Assembly: GCA_040758175.1 (NCBI GenBank)
Contig: JBFLVU010000002.1
Span: forward strand, 1-39,834
Origin: Acidobacteriota bacterium
GTDB lineage: Bacteria > Acidobacteriota > UBA4820 > DSQY01
Direction of reading: 5' to 3'
Length of the DNA: 39,834 bases
Made by a program: the position numbers and the translations under genes. The notes under the pieces were generated by a model. The model was not told the origin of the DNA. It saw only the letters and a list, made by a program, of their open reading frames with translations, and searched no databases. Below, piece by piece: positions 28,532 to 36,467 of this stretch. The stretch's first letter is position 1. Each line of letters begins with the position of its first letter.

Positions 28532-29014
28532 CTACCACTCGGAGAACTTGGAGCCGTCGCGGGCCGTCCCCTCGGAGGCCGAATGGACGTCCCAGATGCC
28601 CCCGCCTCCCTCCTCCCCTTCCGTGGGCTCGAGCTGGCCCTCCTCGGCCCCCGTGTAGGGGACCGTGACCCAATCGGACTTTTCCGTAATCGGGTCCACT
28701 GGGAGGTGGCGCAGGTACCCTTCGGACACGAGCGCCTCGATGCTGTCGGGGTAGCGGCCCTTGTCCGCGTAGTATTGGTCGATGCAGTCCCTGATCACGG
28801 ACAGGTTCTGCCTCAGGACGGTTTCCTTCGTCCGCTCCACGGCGGTCCGGTAGGTCGGAACGGCCATGCTGACCAGGATGCCGATGATGGCGACGACCAC
28901 CATCAGTTCCATGAGCGTGAAGCCCGCCTCGCTACGGGATCGGCGTGATCGCCCGGAGGGGGCGGGGCGCGTCTCCCCGCGGGGGGTGTCGTCTCGGCGG
29001 CGTTCCCTCATCAC
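28532..29014 (-). CDS. gspG: Type II secretion major pseudopilin GspG-like protein with long charged leader
   Basis: Canonical prepilin cleavage/methylation site ...SEAG/FTLMELMVVVAIIGILVSMAVP. IRDCIDQYYADKGRYPDSIEALVSEGYL and the ending DVHSASEGTARDGSKFSEW. Start is GTG 29014 or ATG 29011. Confidence 0.85.
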   Translation of the reverse strand: MMRERRRDDTPRGETRPAPSGRSRRSRSEAGFTLMELMVVVAIIGILVSMAVPTYRTAVERTKETVLRQNLSVIRDCIDQYYADKGRYPDSIEALVSEGYLRHLPVDPITEKSDWVTVPYTGAEEGQLEPTEGEEGGGGIWDVHSASEGTARDGSKFSEW

Positions 29015-29053
29015 CTCATCACCTCTTCATCTCGTCCCGTCTTCGCGGCCCGC

Positions 29054-29617
29054 TCACCACTCGTTGTAGTGGGTTTTTCCGTCCAGAGCGGCGGCCGTGC
29101 TGAGGGAATAGACGTCGTAGACGTTCTCGCCGCCCCACATGGTGGAGTCGGGTTCGTCCCGGGTGGACCGGAGCCCCCACTCGTCCGTACCCGTCATGGG
29201 ATCCACGGGGATCCTCCGGAGGAATCGCACCTTCTTGCCCGTCGGGTCCCCCACGATCGCCACACCCTCCGTCAGCGTTTCCAGCTCCTCCGGGTAGAAG
29301 TCTTGGGAGACGTCGGTTTGCATGATCAGCCCCTGCACGGCGTACCGGTGGTACTCGTCGATGGCCCGGCGCATCTCCCTCAGGGAGCGCCTCAGCTCCA
29401 CCTCCTTGGCGCGCCGCGACATGATGTGCTGGGCCGGAATGGCCACGAGGGCCAGAATGGCGAGCAGACCGACGGCCAGGCCGACCTCGAAGAGGGAAAT
29501 GCCTCGCTCCCCCGATCCACGGCGGGGGAAGGAAACCGCTTCCGCACCCCTCTTGCCGGCGGCGGTCTCTGGTTGGGGTCCCAACAAGGCTATCTTCCGG
29601 TCCAAAACCCTCTCCAT
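29054..29617 (-). CDS. Pseudopilin (prepilin-type N-terminus) with ~38-aa leader
   Basis: ...GSGERG/ISLFEVGLAVGLLAILALVAIP has Gly(-1) and Glu(+5). MRRAIDEYHRYA...; ends DVYSLSTAAALDGKTHYNEW, paralogous to the GspG C-terminus. No internal ATG/GTG lies between aa 13 and the cleavage site. Confidence 0.7.
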   Translation of the reverse strand: MERVLDRKIALLGPQPETAAGKRGAEAVSFPRRGSGERGISLFEVGLAVGLLAILALVAIPAQHIMSRRAKEVELRRSLREMRRAIDEYHRYAVQGLIMQTDVSQDFYPEELETLTEGVAIVGDPTGKKVRFLRRIPVDPMTGTDEWGLRSTRDEPDSTMWGGENVYDVYSLSTAAALDGKTHYNEW

Positions 29618-29645
29618 CTGTACAGTGGCCTGCGGCGCCCGGCCC

Positions 29646-31970
29646 CTACTCCCCGGCCCCTCCCGTCTGCGGCGGCCTGACCGCCACGGTGGCGAAGGCC
29701 GGCGTGAGCGGACTCGTCTGGCCCGAAACGGATGTGCTCACTAGGGTGCCCAGCTGAATCCGGCCCTCCCCGGCCGCGGCCGCCGAAAAGCGCACCCTCG
29801 CGACGAGGCCCGACCCTGAAGCGCCGGAGGCGTCCTGCCTCATGGCATCCAGGACGATGGCTCCAGGCCGGGTTTCCTGGCCGGCAAAGGTCGTTACGCC
29901 TCCTCCCATCTTCAGGAAGGTCCCCTCCTCCACACCCTGGAATTGGAGGACGCCCGAAGGATATTCCATCTCGGCGTGCAGGCCTTTCATCTCCTGCGCC
30001 CCGATCAGAACGAGGTTCAGCACCACGGTCTCCCCGGCGCTGGCGTTGATGCTCGTGGGGCTCACCAGGAGGCGGGCCTGCTGCTGGGGCTGCTTGTCCG
30101 TCGGCTTCTCCTCCTCTTCTTCCTCCCCGGCGGCGGCCTCCTCTTCGGGGACCTTGGCCTCCTCAGGCGCCTTGGGCGAGGGCTGGGACGGGGAGGGCGG
30201 CGCACCCCCCGCCGGGGCGCCGAAGGGCGACGCGGCGCTCCCGCCCACCTTGGGGCCCTGGTCCGTGCCGACCCAGAGCGGATCCAGATTCTCTTGTGTG
30301 ATATTGGGCAGGCGGATGATGTGGGGCGTGATGAGCATGACGACGTCGGTGGAGTTCTTCTCGTCCTTCGTGTTGGAGAAGAGCCGCCTCAAGACGGGGA
30401 TTTCGCTCACCCCGGGAAGTCCCGAAAGGTTCTTCTTGTCCTCCTGCCGGATGAGGCCCGCGAGCAGGCTCGTCTCCCCGTCCTCCAGGCGCAGGGTGGT
30501 CGTGGCCTCGCGGGTGCCGATGATGGGCTGGTCTCCCGTGAGGGACCCCGAGGCGGCGGATACGTACCCCGTGACCGAGGAGACCTCGCTCTTGAGCTTG
30601 ATGGTTACCTCCCGGTTGTGGTGGACCTTGGGTTCGATTTCGATTTTCACGCCCACGTCCTGGTATGTGTACGAGGTGATGGGCGTGTAGTTGGTGTTGG
30701 TTCCCGCGGTGCCCAGGTACTGCTGGGCCGTGGCGATGGGAATGCGGTCGCCGATGTGGACCGAGGCTTTCTGGCCCTCCATGACGCGGAGCTGGGGCTT
30801 GGCAAGAATCTGGCTGTCCGTGTCGGTAAGGAGGAGATTGGCCACCAGGTTGGGGATGGGGGATATCCAGAGCTGGCCCCGCAAGATGTTGTCGAAGCGG
30901 TCGATGCGCGCCGGACGCCCGGTCCCGATCCCCGTGGGAAGGCCCGTGTCCGCGTCGCGAGTGAGGTTTCTCTCGGGGCCGATCGTAAAGCTCTTCGCCG
31001 TGAGGTCGATGCCGAGGTTGCGGACGAGGTTGGAGTTGACCTCCAGGAGTTCCACGTCCACCACGACCTCCCCCTTGGACTTGTCGTTGTTCTCGATGAT
31101 CTGCTGGGCCACCGCCACGGTTTCGGGAGTGTCCTGGATGGTGATGGAGTTCAGGTCCTGGTTCATGGCCATCTTCCGAGCCTGGAGGATGGAACGCACG
31201 AGCTGAAAGACGTCCTTTACGTCCGCGTTGGAAAGATAGAACGTTTTGATCACCTGGTCCTGGTACTCGTCCCGCTTCTGCTTCGTGTCGGGAACGATGA
31301 CCAGGGTGTGGGGGTCGAGGACCTTGTAGAAATGCTTGGTTTGCATCATGAGGTAGTTCAGCACCTGCTCGAGGCTCACCTTGGCGAAGTCCACGCTCAC
31401 GCGCTTGGTTGTCTCGGCCTTGTCGTCGTACAGAAAATTGATTCCGGAGGCCTTGGACACGGCGTCCAGGATCGTCCTCATGGGCGTGTCGGCGAACTTC
31501 AGGACGATGGGGATGTTGGAGGCCGGATCGAGTTTGGGGGCCCCGGAGTTCTTGGCGGCCTCCGCCTTCATGGCATCCAGCGTGAGCGCCTTGGAGCGCG
31601 CCTCCCTCTCCTTCTCGTCCACGGCGGAAAGAACCTTCTGCAAATCGTCCTGGGCCAGTTGGTTGCCCGGATCCACGCGGAGGGCCGCCTGGAGTTCCTG
31701 GATGGCGGTGGCGTAGTCCTCCCGCGCCGTGGCCAGACGGGCGTTCTCGGAGTGCTTCCGCGCCGCGGCCATCTTGGCTCGCACCAGTTCGGTCTCGTAC
31801 TTCACGTTTCCGGGATTGGCCTTAACGGCCTCCTGGAGGCTCGTGACGGCCTCGTCCAGGCGGCCTTGCTCCAAGTACATGCGCCCCTTCTGGTAGGAGA
31901 CGGACCCGCAACCGAGGGCCAGCAGGAGCAGGCCGGAAGCGACGGCGGTGCGAAGGATTCGAATGCTCAC
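29646..31970 (-). CDS. Secretin (GspD/PilQ family) with lipoprotein signal, N-terminal TPR region and C-terminal cohesin-like domain, 774 aa
   Basis: GTG start at 31970. LLLLALGCGS lipobox, then TPR-like repeats in aa ~25-130 and secretin N-domains. Secretin core LAKPQLRVMEGQKASVHIGDRIPI...GVKIEIEPKVHHNREVTIKL...LLAGLIRQEDKKNLSGLPGVSEIPVLRRLF...VVMLITPHII. Acidic/Pro linker, then GETVVLNLVLIGAQEMKGLHAEMEYPSGVLQFQGVEEGTFL...GLVARVRFSAAAAGEG. Confidence 0.9.
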   Translation of the reverse strand: MSIRILRTAVASGLLLLALGCGSVSYQKGRMYLEQGRLDEAVTSLQEAVKANPGNVKYETELVRAKMAAARKHSENARLATAREDYATAIQELQAALRVDPGNQLAQDDLQKVLSAVDEKEREARSKALTLDAMKAEAAKNSGAPKLDPASNIPIVLKFADTPMRTILDAVSKASGINFLYDDKAETTKRVSVDFAKVSLEQVLNYLMMQTKHFYKVLDPHTLVIVPDTKQKRDEYQDQVIKTFYLSNADVKDVFQLVRSILQARKMAMNQDLNSITIQDTPETVAVAQQIIENNDKSKGEVVVDVELLEVNSNLVRNLGIDLTAKSFTIGPERNLTRDADTGLPTGIGTGRPARIDRFDNILRGQLWISPIPNLVANLLLTDTDSQILAKPQLRVMEGQKASVHIGDRIPIATAQQYLGTAGTNTNYTPITSYTYQDVGVKIEIEPKVHHNREVTIKLKSEVSSVTGYVSAASGSLTGDQPIIGTREATTTLRLEDGETSLLAGLIRQEDKKNLSGLPGVSEIPVLRRLFSNTKDEKNSTDVVMLITPHIIRLPNITQENLDPLWVGTDQGPKVGGSAASPFGAPAGGAPPSPSQPSPKAPEEAKVPEEEAAAGEEEEEEKPTDKQPQQQARLLVSPTSINASAGETVVLNLVLIGAQEMKGLHAEMEYPSGVLQFQGVEEGTFLKMGGGVTTFAGQETRPGAIVLDAMRQDASGASGSGLVARVRFSAAAAGEGRIQLGTLVSTSVSGQTSPLTPAFATVAVRPPQTGGAGE

Positions 31971-31971
31971 G

Positions 31972-32571
31972 CTACTTTCCTCCGGTCAAGGGGATGCGCT
32001 GGGTTTCCTGGAATCCCGTGAAGCCGATTTCCGCGGATTCGTACCCGATGTCCACCACTTTGTATGTGCCGAAAATGGAGTCGCCCTTCTCCGCAAGGAC
32101 CATCCCCGAGGGGCCCGCGAAGACGCCGAGGCGGGTCTCCGGACGACCAAAGTACCCGACGAAATGGAACGTGATGGGGGGCGGCTGGGGCGGGGGCGGA
32201 TTCAGTCGGAGTTCCTCCTCCCGCTTCTTCCGCTCCTCCTCGGCTTTCTTTCGCGCCTCTTCCGCCCTCGCGGCGGCCTCCTCGGCCTGGCGCTTTCTTT
32301 CCGCCACGACCGCCGGGTCCTCCTCGAAGGCGAAGAGGTTTCGCGGGGTCTCCTCGGCGGGGGCTTCCGCCGGAGACAGGGTTTCCAGGGAAAGGGCCGG
32401 AAGCTTCGACAGGTCGGCCTTCGCCTCCTGCCTGCGCTTGGAACGAGCCGCGGGGGCTTCGTCCTGCTCCGGATCCAGACCGCCCTGCTGCGGGCCCGTA
32501 GCACCTCCTCCGCAGGATGCGAAGGCGGCGAGGAGAAAGGCGGCGGAAAGCAGCCTCATCGGGGCGCTCAT
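31972..32571 (-). CDS. PilP-like lipoprotein (pilus/secretion alignment subcomplex)
   Basis: MSAPMRLLSAAFLLAAFASCG (lipobox), a charged E/K/R/A coiled segment, PPPPQPPP, then a C-terminal beta domain FHFVGYFGRPETRLGVFAG...GDSIFGTYKVVDIGYESAEIGF typical of PilP/GspC HR domains. Sits between the PilO-like gene and the secretin. Confidence 0.6.
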   Translation of the reverse strand: MSAPMRLLSAAFLLAAFASCGGGATGPQQGGLDPEQDEAPAARSKRRQEAKADLSKLPALSLETLSPAEAPAEETPRNLFAFEEDPAVVAERKRQAEEAAARAEEARKKAEEERKKREEELRLNPPPPQPPPITFHFVGYFGRPETRLGVFAGPSGMVLAEKGDSIFGTYKVVDIGYESAEIGFTGFQETQRIPLTGGK

Positions 32572-33176
32572 GGAGCCTCCTCCGGGGCTGTCTCCTCCGA
32601 GGCGAGGAACGCCGTGGAGACCTGCAGGTTCATCCGGAGAAGGACCCCCGTCTGCGTGCCCCCGCTCAGGGCGAGTTCGTCCACGGAGAGGAACTGGGGC
32701 GACGCGAGGAGGTCCCGGATGAAGGCCTTGACCGCGGGATACGTGCCGCTCAGGGGGAGCTGGACGGTCAGCCGGACGTACCGATTGGCCCAGGGCCCCT
32801 GGGGAGGCCTCGGGAGGGATTCGTAGGCGTAGCTTATGTTCTGGAGGTCGAGCCCGTTGGCCTCGACCAGCCGCTGGATTTCGGTTTGGACCGCCACCAG
32901 CCGCTGCTCCTGGGTGAGGAGCACCTTGTCCCGGAGTTCCTCCATGACCTTCCGGTTGGCCACCAGCCGGTCTCCTGCCACGTTCAGCCGCTTGTGCTCG
33001 GCCTCCATCTCGCGGAGCGATTTCCTGTTGGCCGCCACGGCCTCCTTCATGGCGCTCGTGTGGGCCTCCAGCTTGGAGACGGCGAAGACGTAGAGGCCGA
33101 CGTTGAGGGCCACGGCCGCGGTGCCCGCTCCGAGGACGAGGGCGAGCCGCCGGAAGAGGATCTGATCAAGGTTCAC
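32568..33176 (-). CDS. PilO/GspM-like bitopic inner-membrane protein
   Basis: Single N-terminal TM (LALVLGAGTAAVALNVGLYVFAV), a coiled-coil, then a ferredoxin-like C-terminus (YVRLTVQLPLSGTYPAVKAFIRDLLASPQFLSVDELAL). Position and 4-nt/11-nt overlaps with neighbours fit pilN-pilO-pilP order. Confidence 0.6.
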   Translation of the reverse strand: MNLDQILFRRLALVLGAGTAAVALNVGLYVFAVSKLEAHTSAMKEAVAANRKSLREMEAEHKRLNVAGDRLVANRKVMEELRDKVLLTQEQRLVAVQTEIQRLVEANGLDLQNISYAYESLPRPPQGPWANRYVRLTVQLPLSGTYPAVKAFIRDLLASPQFLSVDELALSGGTQTGVLLRMNLQVSTAFLASEETAPEEAP

Positions 33177-33750
33177 GGGATGCCTCCGGCAGATATTCGC
33201 AGGTCAGGGAAAAGGTGATCCAGGGGCTCCCGGGCTCCTTCTGTTCGCCCTCCAGCTTTCCTGCGCGAAACCGGGGGTCGTTGAAGAGGTTTTCCTCGAG
33301 CTTGAGGAGCTCCCCCCTCGGGTTGGCCACGCCGCGAAGTTGGACCTGCACCACCCCGGATTCCCGCACTTTCGGCGTCACGGCCGTGAGCATGACCCCG
33401 TAGGGTTTCACCCGCTCGAGATCGGCGAGGAACCGTGGCCAGTCGAAGCGCTTGCCCTCGATGAGCCGCGCAAGGAAGGCGACCTCCCCGGCGAAAGCTC
33501 CCGTGTCCCGGCCCTCCAGGGTAGCCCTCCGCTCGCCCATCTCCTTCTGCAAGGTCTCCATGCGCTGGCGCTGGTGAAGAAGCACCTTCCTCTCGCTCCT
33601 GAACTCCCGGCCGACGACGAAGAACGTCACCAGGTTGAACAGGGTGAGGATCACCGCGGCACCGGCCACCAGAACCGCGAGAGCGGCGGGGACGGTCCGG
33701 TTGAAGAACGGCACATCGGCGAAGTTCATCCAGACGCGCCTCATGGGCAT
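33166..33750 (-). CDS. PilN-like bitopic inner-membrane protein
   Basis: N-terminal cytoplasmic peptide MPMRRVWMNFADVPFF (PilN proteins carry a short conserved PilM-binding N-terminus), TM ALAVLVAGAAVILTLFNLVTFFV, coiled-coil, C-terminal domain. Overlaps the PilM-like stop by 10 nt. Confidence 0.6.
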   Translation of the reverse strand: MPMRRVWMNFADVPFFNRTVPAALAVLVAGAAVILTLFNLVTFFVVGREFRSERKVLLHQRQRMETLQKEMGERRATLEGRDTGAFAGEVAFLARLIEGKRFDWPRFLADLERVKPYGVMLTAVTPKVRESGVVQVQLRGVANPRGELLKLEENLFNDPRFRAGKLEGEQKEPGSPWITFSLTCEYLPEASREP

Positions 33751-34679
33751 CCCTCCAGGACCCCGTACAGGGGCAGGGCCGCCTCCACGGGCGCACCGCC
33801 GGCGGCCGCTGGAAGGAGCGACGCGAAATCCTCCACGCCCACGCCCTCCTCGAGTTCCTCCTCAAAGGGCAGGGCCAGCCCCTGCGGGTGCCGGCGGACG
33901 CACACGGAAGACAGCCTGGAGCCCCCCACCCGATCGCGGTAGTAGGCCAGGGTGAGGCGCATCTCCTGGGCAAGCCTCTCCGTCTCTTCCTGCTCTTCCC
34001 TTTCGAAGGTGGACAGGTCCTTGCACCGGAAGAAAGCGGGGATTCCCCGGTCGACGAAGAGAAGGGAGAGGTAGGTCTGAGTGCGATTCACCAGGAGGGC
34101 GCATCCGTCTGAGGGCAGAACCCCGCGCACCTCGGCAAGGGAGAGAAGCGCCAGGGTGGAGGGGCCCAGGAAGCCGACGTGGCAGCCCCTGCGGGCGAAG
34201 GCTTCTTCCAAGGCCGCCGCTTCGGCCTCCCGGCACACGGCCACGAGGAGCGAGGCCGTCCCGCCGGTTCGCGAGAGCACCTCGTACCGCAAACGGACTT
34301 GGTCCAAGGGCGCGTTGAGCGTCTTGCGGAGCTGCCACAAGATCACCTGCGCGCGCTCCTTTTCGTCCCGTGGGAACTCCTCCAGCGCGAGCACCTGGAT
34401 CTTGAAGAAAGGGTCTCCGACCACCAACGAAAGCCGCTTCGGAGCCCCAAGGTGGGTCATCAGGGACTCCGCCGCCCGCTCCAGAGCCTCGTCCTGCGGC
34501 AGGAAGGAATCCGCTCCACCGGAGAGGGCCTCCTCGTGCCGCACGAGCGTGGCCAGGTCCTTTCGGGCCTCCGCCACCCGCAGCCCGCAAAGGTACGGCG
34601 GCTCGCAGAGAGCTGCCACGGGAGGAATGGTGGGACGGTATTTCGTGAGCCAGTTCCTCAGGTGCCCCTCGAGCTGCAT
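33741..34679 (-). CDS. PilM/GspL-like actin-fold assembly protein (divergent)
   Basis: 312 aa. The pattern ...LSLVVGDPFFKIQVLALEEFPRDEKERAQVILWQLRKTL...VRLRYEVL...LLVAVCREAEAAALEEAFARRGCHVGFLGPSTLALLSLA...LLVNRTQTYLSLLFVDRG mirrors PilM topology, but no clear ATP-binding motifs were recognised. Position is directly upstream of pilN-like. Confidence 0.55.
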   Translation of the reverse strand: MQLEGHLRNWLTKYRPTIPPVAALCEPPYLCGLRVAEARKDLATLVRHEEALSGGADSFLPQDEALERAAESLMTHLGAPKRLSLVVGDPFFKIQVLALEEFPRDEKERAQVILWQLRKTLNAPLDQVRLRYEVLSRTGGTASLLVAVCREAEAAALEEAFARRGCHVGFLGPSTLALLSLAEVRGVLPSDGCALLVNRTQTYLSLLFVDRGIPAFFRCKDLSTFEREEQEETERLAQEMRLTLAYYRDRVGGSRLSSVCVRRHPQGLALPFEEELEEGVGVEDFASLLPAAAGGAPVEAALPLYGVLEGCP

Positions 34680-34725
34680 TTCCTGCCCTCCAGCCTGCCG
34701 CTATTCCCCGCGCCCTTGTCCGGGG

Positions 34726-36366
34726 TCAATCTTCTACGAACGTCACCTTGTTGATCTCCTTCAGGGTGGTCTGCCCGGAGAGCAAGACCCTGACGGCCGA
34801 CTCGCGCAACGTGACCATACCCTCCTCCCGCGCCGCCTTCTTGATCTCGCTGGACGGCTTGCGGTCGATGATGAGCTCCCGGATGCGGTCGGAGAGTTCC
34901 AACAGCTCCGAGATGGCCATGCGCCCCCGGAAACCCGTGCCGTTGCAGTCCAGGCAGCCGATTCCCCGGTAGAGCTGGGCGCCGGCGGCCAAATCGGGCG
35001 GTATCCGGTTGTCCACCAGGAGTTCCCGCGGGTACGTCACGGCTTCCCGGCACGACGGGCAGATCCGGCGCACCAGCCGCTGTGCCAGGACGCAGTTCAG
35101 GGCCGAGACGAAGTTGTAGGGCTCCACCTTCATGTTGAGGAAGCGTCCGAGTACGTCCACCACGTTGTTGGCGTGAACCGTGGTGAAGACCAAGTGCCCC
35201 GTGAGCGCGGACTGGATCGCGATGTTGGCCGTTTCCTCGTCGCGGATCTCCCCCACCATGATCTTGTCCGGGTCGTGCCGGAGGATGGACCTCAACCCCC
35301 GGGCGAAGGTGAGCCCCTTTTTCTCGTTGACGGGAATCTGGGTCACCCCGCGGAGCTGATACTCGACCGGGTCCTCGATGGTGATCATCTTGTACTCGGC
35401 CGACTGGATCTCCGAGAGGACGGCGTACAACGTCGTGGTCTTGCCGGATCCGGTGGGGCCCGTGACGAGGAGCATGCCGTAGGGCTCGTTGGCGTGGCGG
35501 CGAATCCTCCTCATCACCTCCGGCTCGAACCCCAGAACGTCGAGGCTCAGGTTCTTGAACTCCTCGCTCGTGGACTCCTTGTCGAGGATCCGGATCACGC
35601 AGTCCTCGCCATGGATCGTGGGAATGACGCTCACCCGGAAGTCGACGGTTCGGCCCTTGATCTTGAGCTTGAACCGCCCGTCCTGGGGCACCCGCTTTTC
35701 GGCGATGTCCAGCTCGGCCATGACCTTGATGCGCGAGATGATGGTGGCGTGAAAACGTTTGTCGATGGGATCCATGGCGGGGTAGAGGACGCCGTCGATC
35801 CGATACTTGATGACGACCTCCGTCTCTCCCGTCTCCACGTGTATGTCGCTGGCCCTCCGCTGAAGGGCGTTGAACACGGTGAAGTCCACGAGCTTGATGA
35901 TGGGCGACGTGTCCTCGGAGAGCTTGTCAATGGAGATGACCCCCTCCTCGCCCTCCTCCGCATCCTCCCTGACGATCTGGATCCGGAAGTCTTCGCTCAC
36001 CTCCTCCAGGACGCGCTGGCTCGATTCGGACTTCTTCAAAACGTCCTGGATCTCGCTCCGGACTCCCACGAAGAGGCGGAGAGGCCTCTTCATGAGGGCC
36101 TCCAGTTCGTCGATCATGGTAACGTCCGAGGGATCGGCCGCCACAACGGAAAGGAACGCGCCCTCCTCCCGGTAGGGGACGAAGGTGTAGCGAAACATGA
36201 GGTCCACCGGAATGGACAGGAAGAGCGCCGTGTCCACCCTGAAATCCTTCAGCGAGATGAAGGGGAGCCGCAGCGACTCGGCGAGGCGCCGCGCGCTTTT
36301 CTCCTCGTTCAGGAGCTCCCCGTCCGTGGGGAGCCGGGAAGTGAGTTCACCGGGCGACGCGGCCAT
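34726..36366 (-). CDS. gspE: GspE/PilB-family secretion ATPase with N-terminal T2SSE_N domain and tetracysteine zinc motif
   Basis: Walker A GPTGSGKTTTLYA; Asp box/Walker B MITIEDPVEY...KIMVGEIRD; His box LTGHLVFTTVHAN; CPSCRE...CLDCNGTGFRGR. The N-terminal ARRLAESLRLPFISLKDF... domain is present. Confidence 0.93.
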   Translation of the reverse strand: MAASPGELTSRLPTDGELLNEEKSARRLAESLRLPFISLKDFRVDTALFLSIPVDLMFRYTFVPYREEGAFLSVVAADPSDVTMIDELEALMKRPLRLFVGVRSEIQDVLKKSESSQRVLEEVSEDFRIQIVREDAEEGEEGVISIDKLSEDTSPIIKLVDFTVFNALQRRASDIHVETGETEVVIKYRIDGVLYPAMDPIDKRFHATIISRIKVMAELDIAEKRVPQDGRFKLKIKGRTVDFRVSVIPTIHGEDCVIRILDKESTSEEFKNLSLDVLGFEPEVMRRIRRHANEPYGMLLVTGPTGSGKTTTLYAVLSEIQSAEYKMITIEDPVEYQLRGVTQIPVNEKKGLTFARGLRSILRHDPDKIMVGEIRDEETANIAIQSALTGHLVFTTVHANNVVDVLGRFLNMKVEPYNFVSALNCVLAQRLVRRICPSCREAVTYPRELLVDNRIPPDLAAGAQLYRGIGCLDCNGTGFRGRMAISELLELSDRIRELIIDRKPSSEIKKAAREEGMVTLRESAVRVLLSGQTTLKEINKVTFVED

Positions 36367-36385
36367 ATTCCTCTCCCAAACCGAT

Positions 36386-36401
36386 GCGCCGTTTCCGGCG
36401 C
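36386..36401 (-). promoter_or_regulatory. Intercistronic stem-loop (6-bp GC stem, GAAA loop) between gspF and gspE
   Basis: The minus-strand RNA would read GCGCCG-GAAA-CGGCGC. It lies in the only sizeable gap (101 nt) inside the secretion operon, about 20 nt upstream of the gspE ATG and just upstream of its SD GGGAGAGGA. Confidence 0.3.
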
Positions 36402-36467
36402 GGGCGTGCGGCGGGCTGGTTCGTATCGTTCATGCGCGACGCGGCTCCACGGGCCTTCGACGGGCCC

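Noticed and set aside
29007-29022. Tandem 8-mer GTGATGAG GTGATGAG (minus strand) at the gspG start
   Set aside because: The explanation is simpler: an SD-like GAGGTGAT lies next to a GTG-ATG start pair. There are only two copies, the unit is not a multiple of three, and there is no evidence of a functional repeat.
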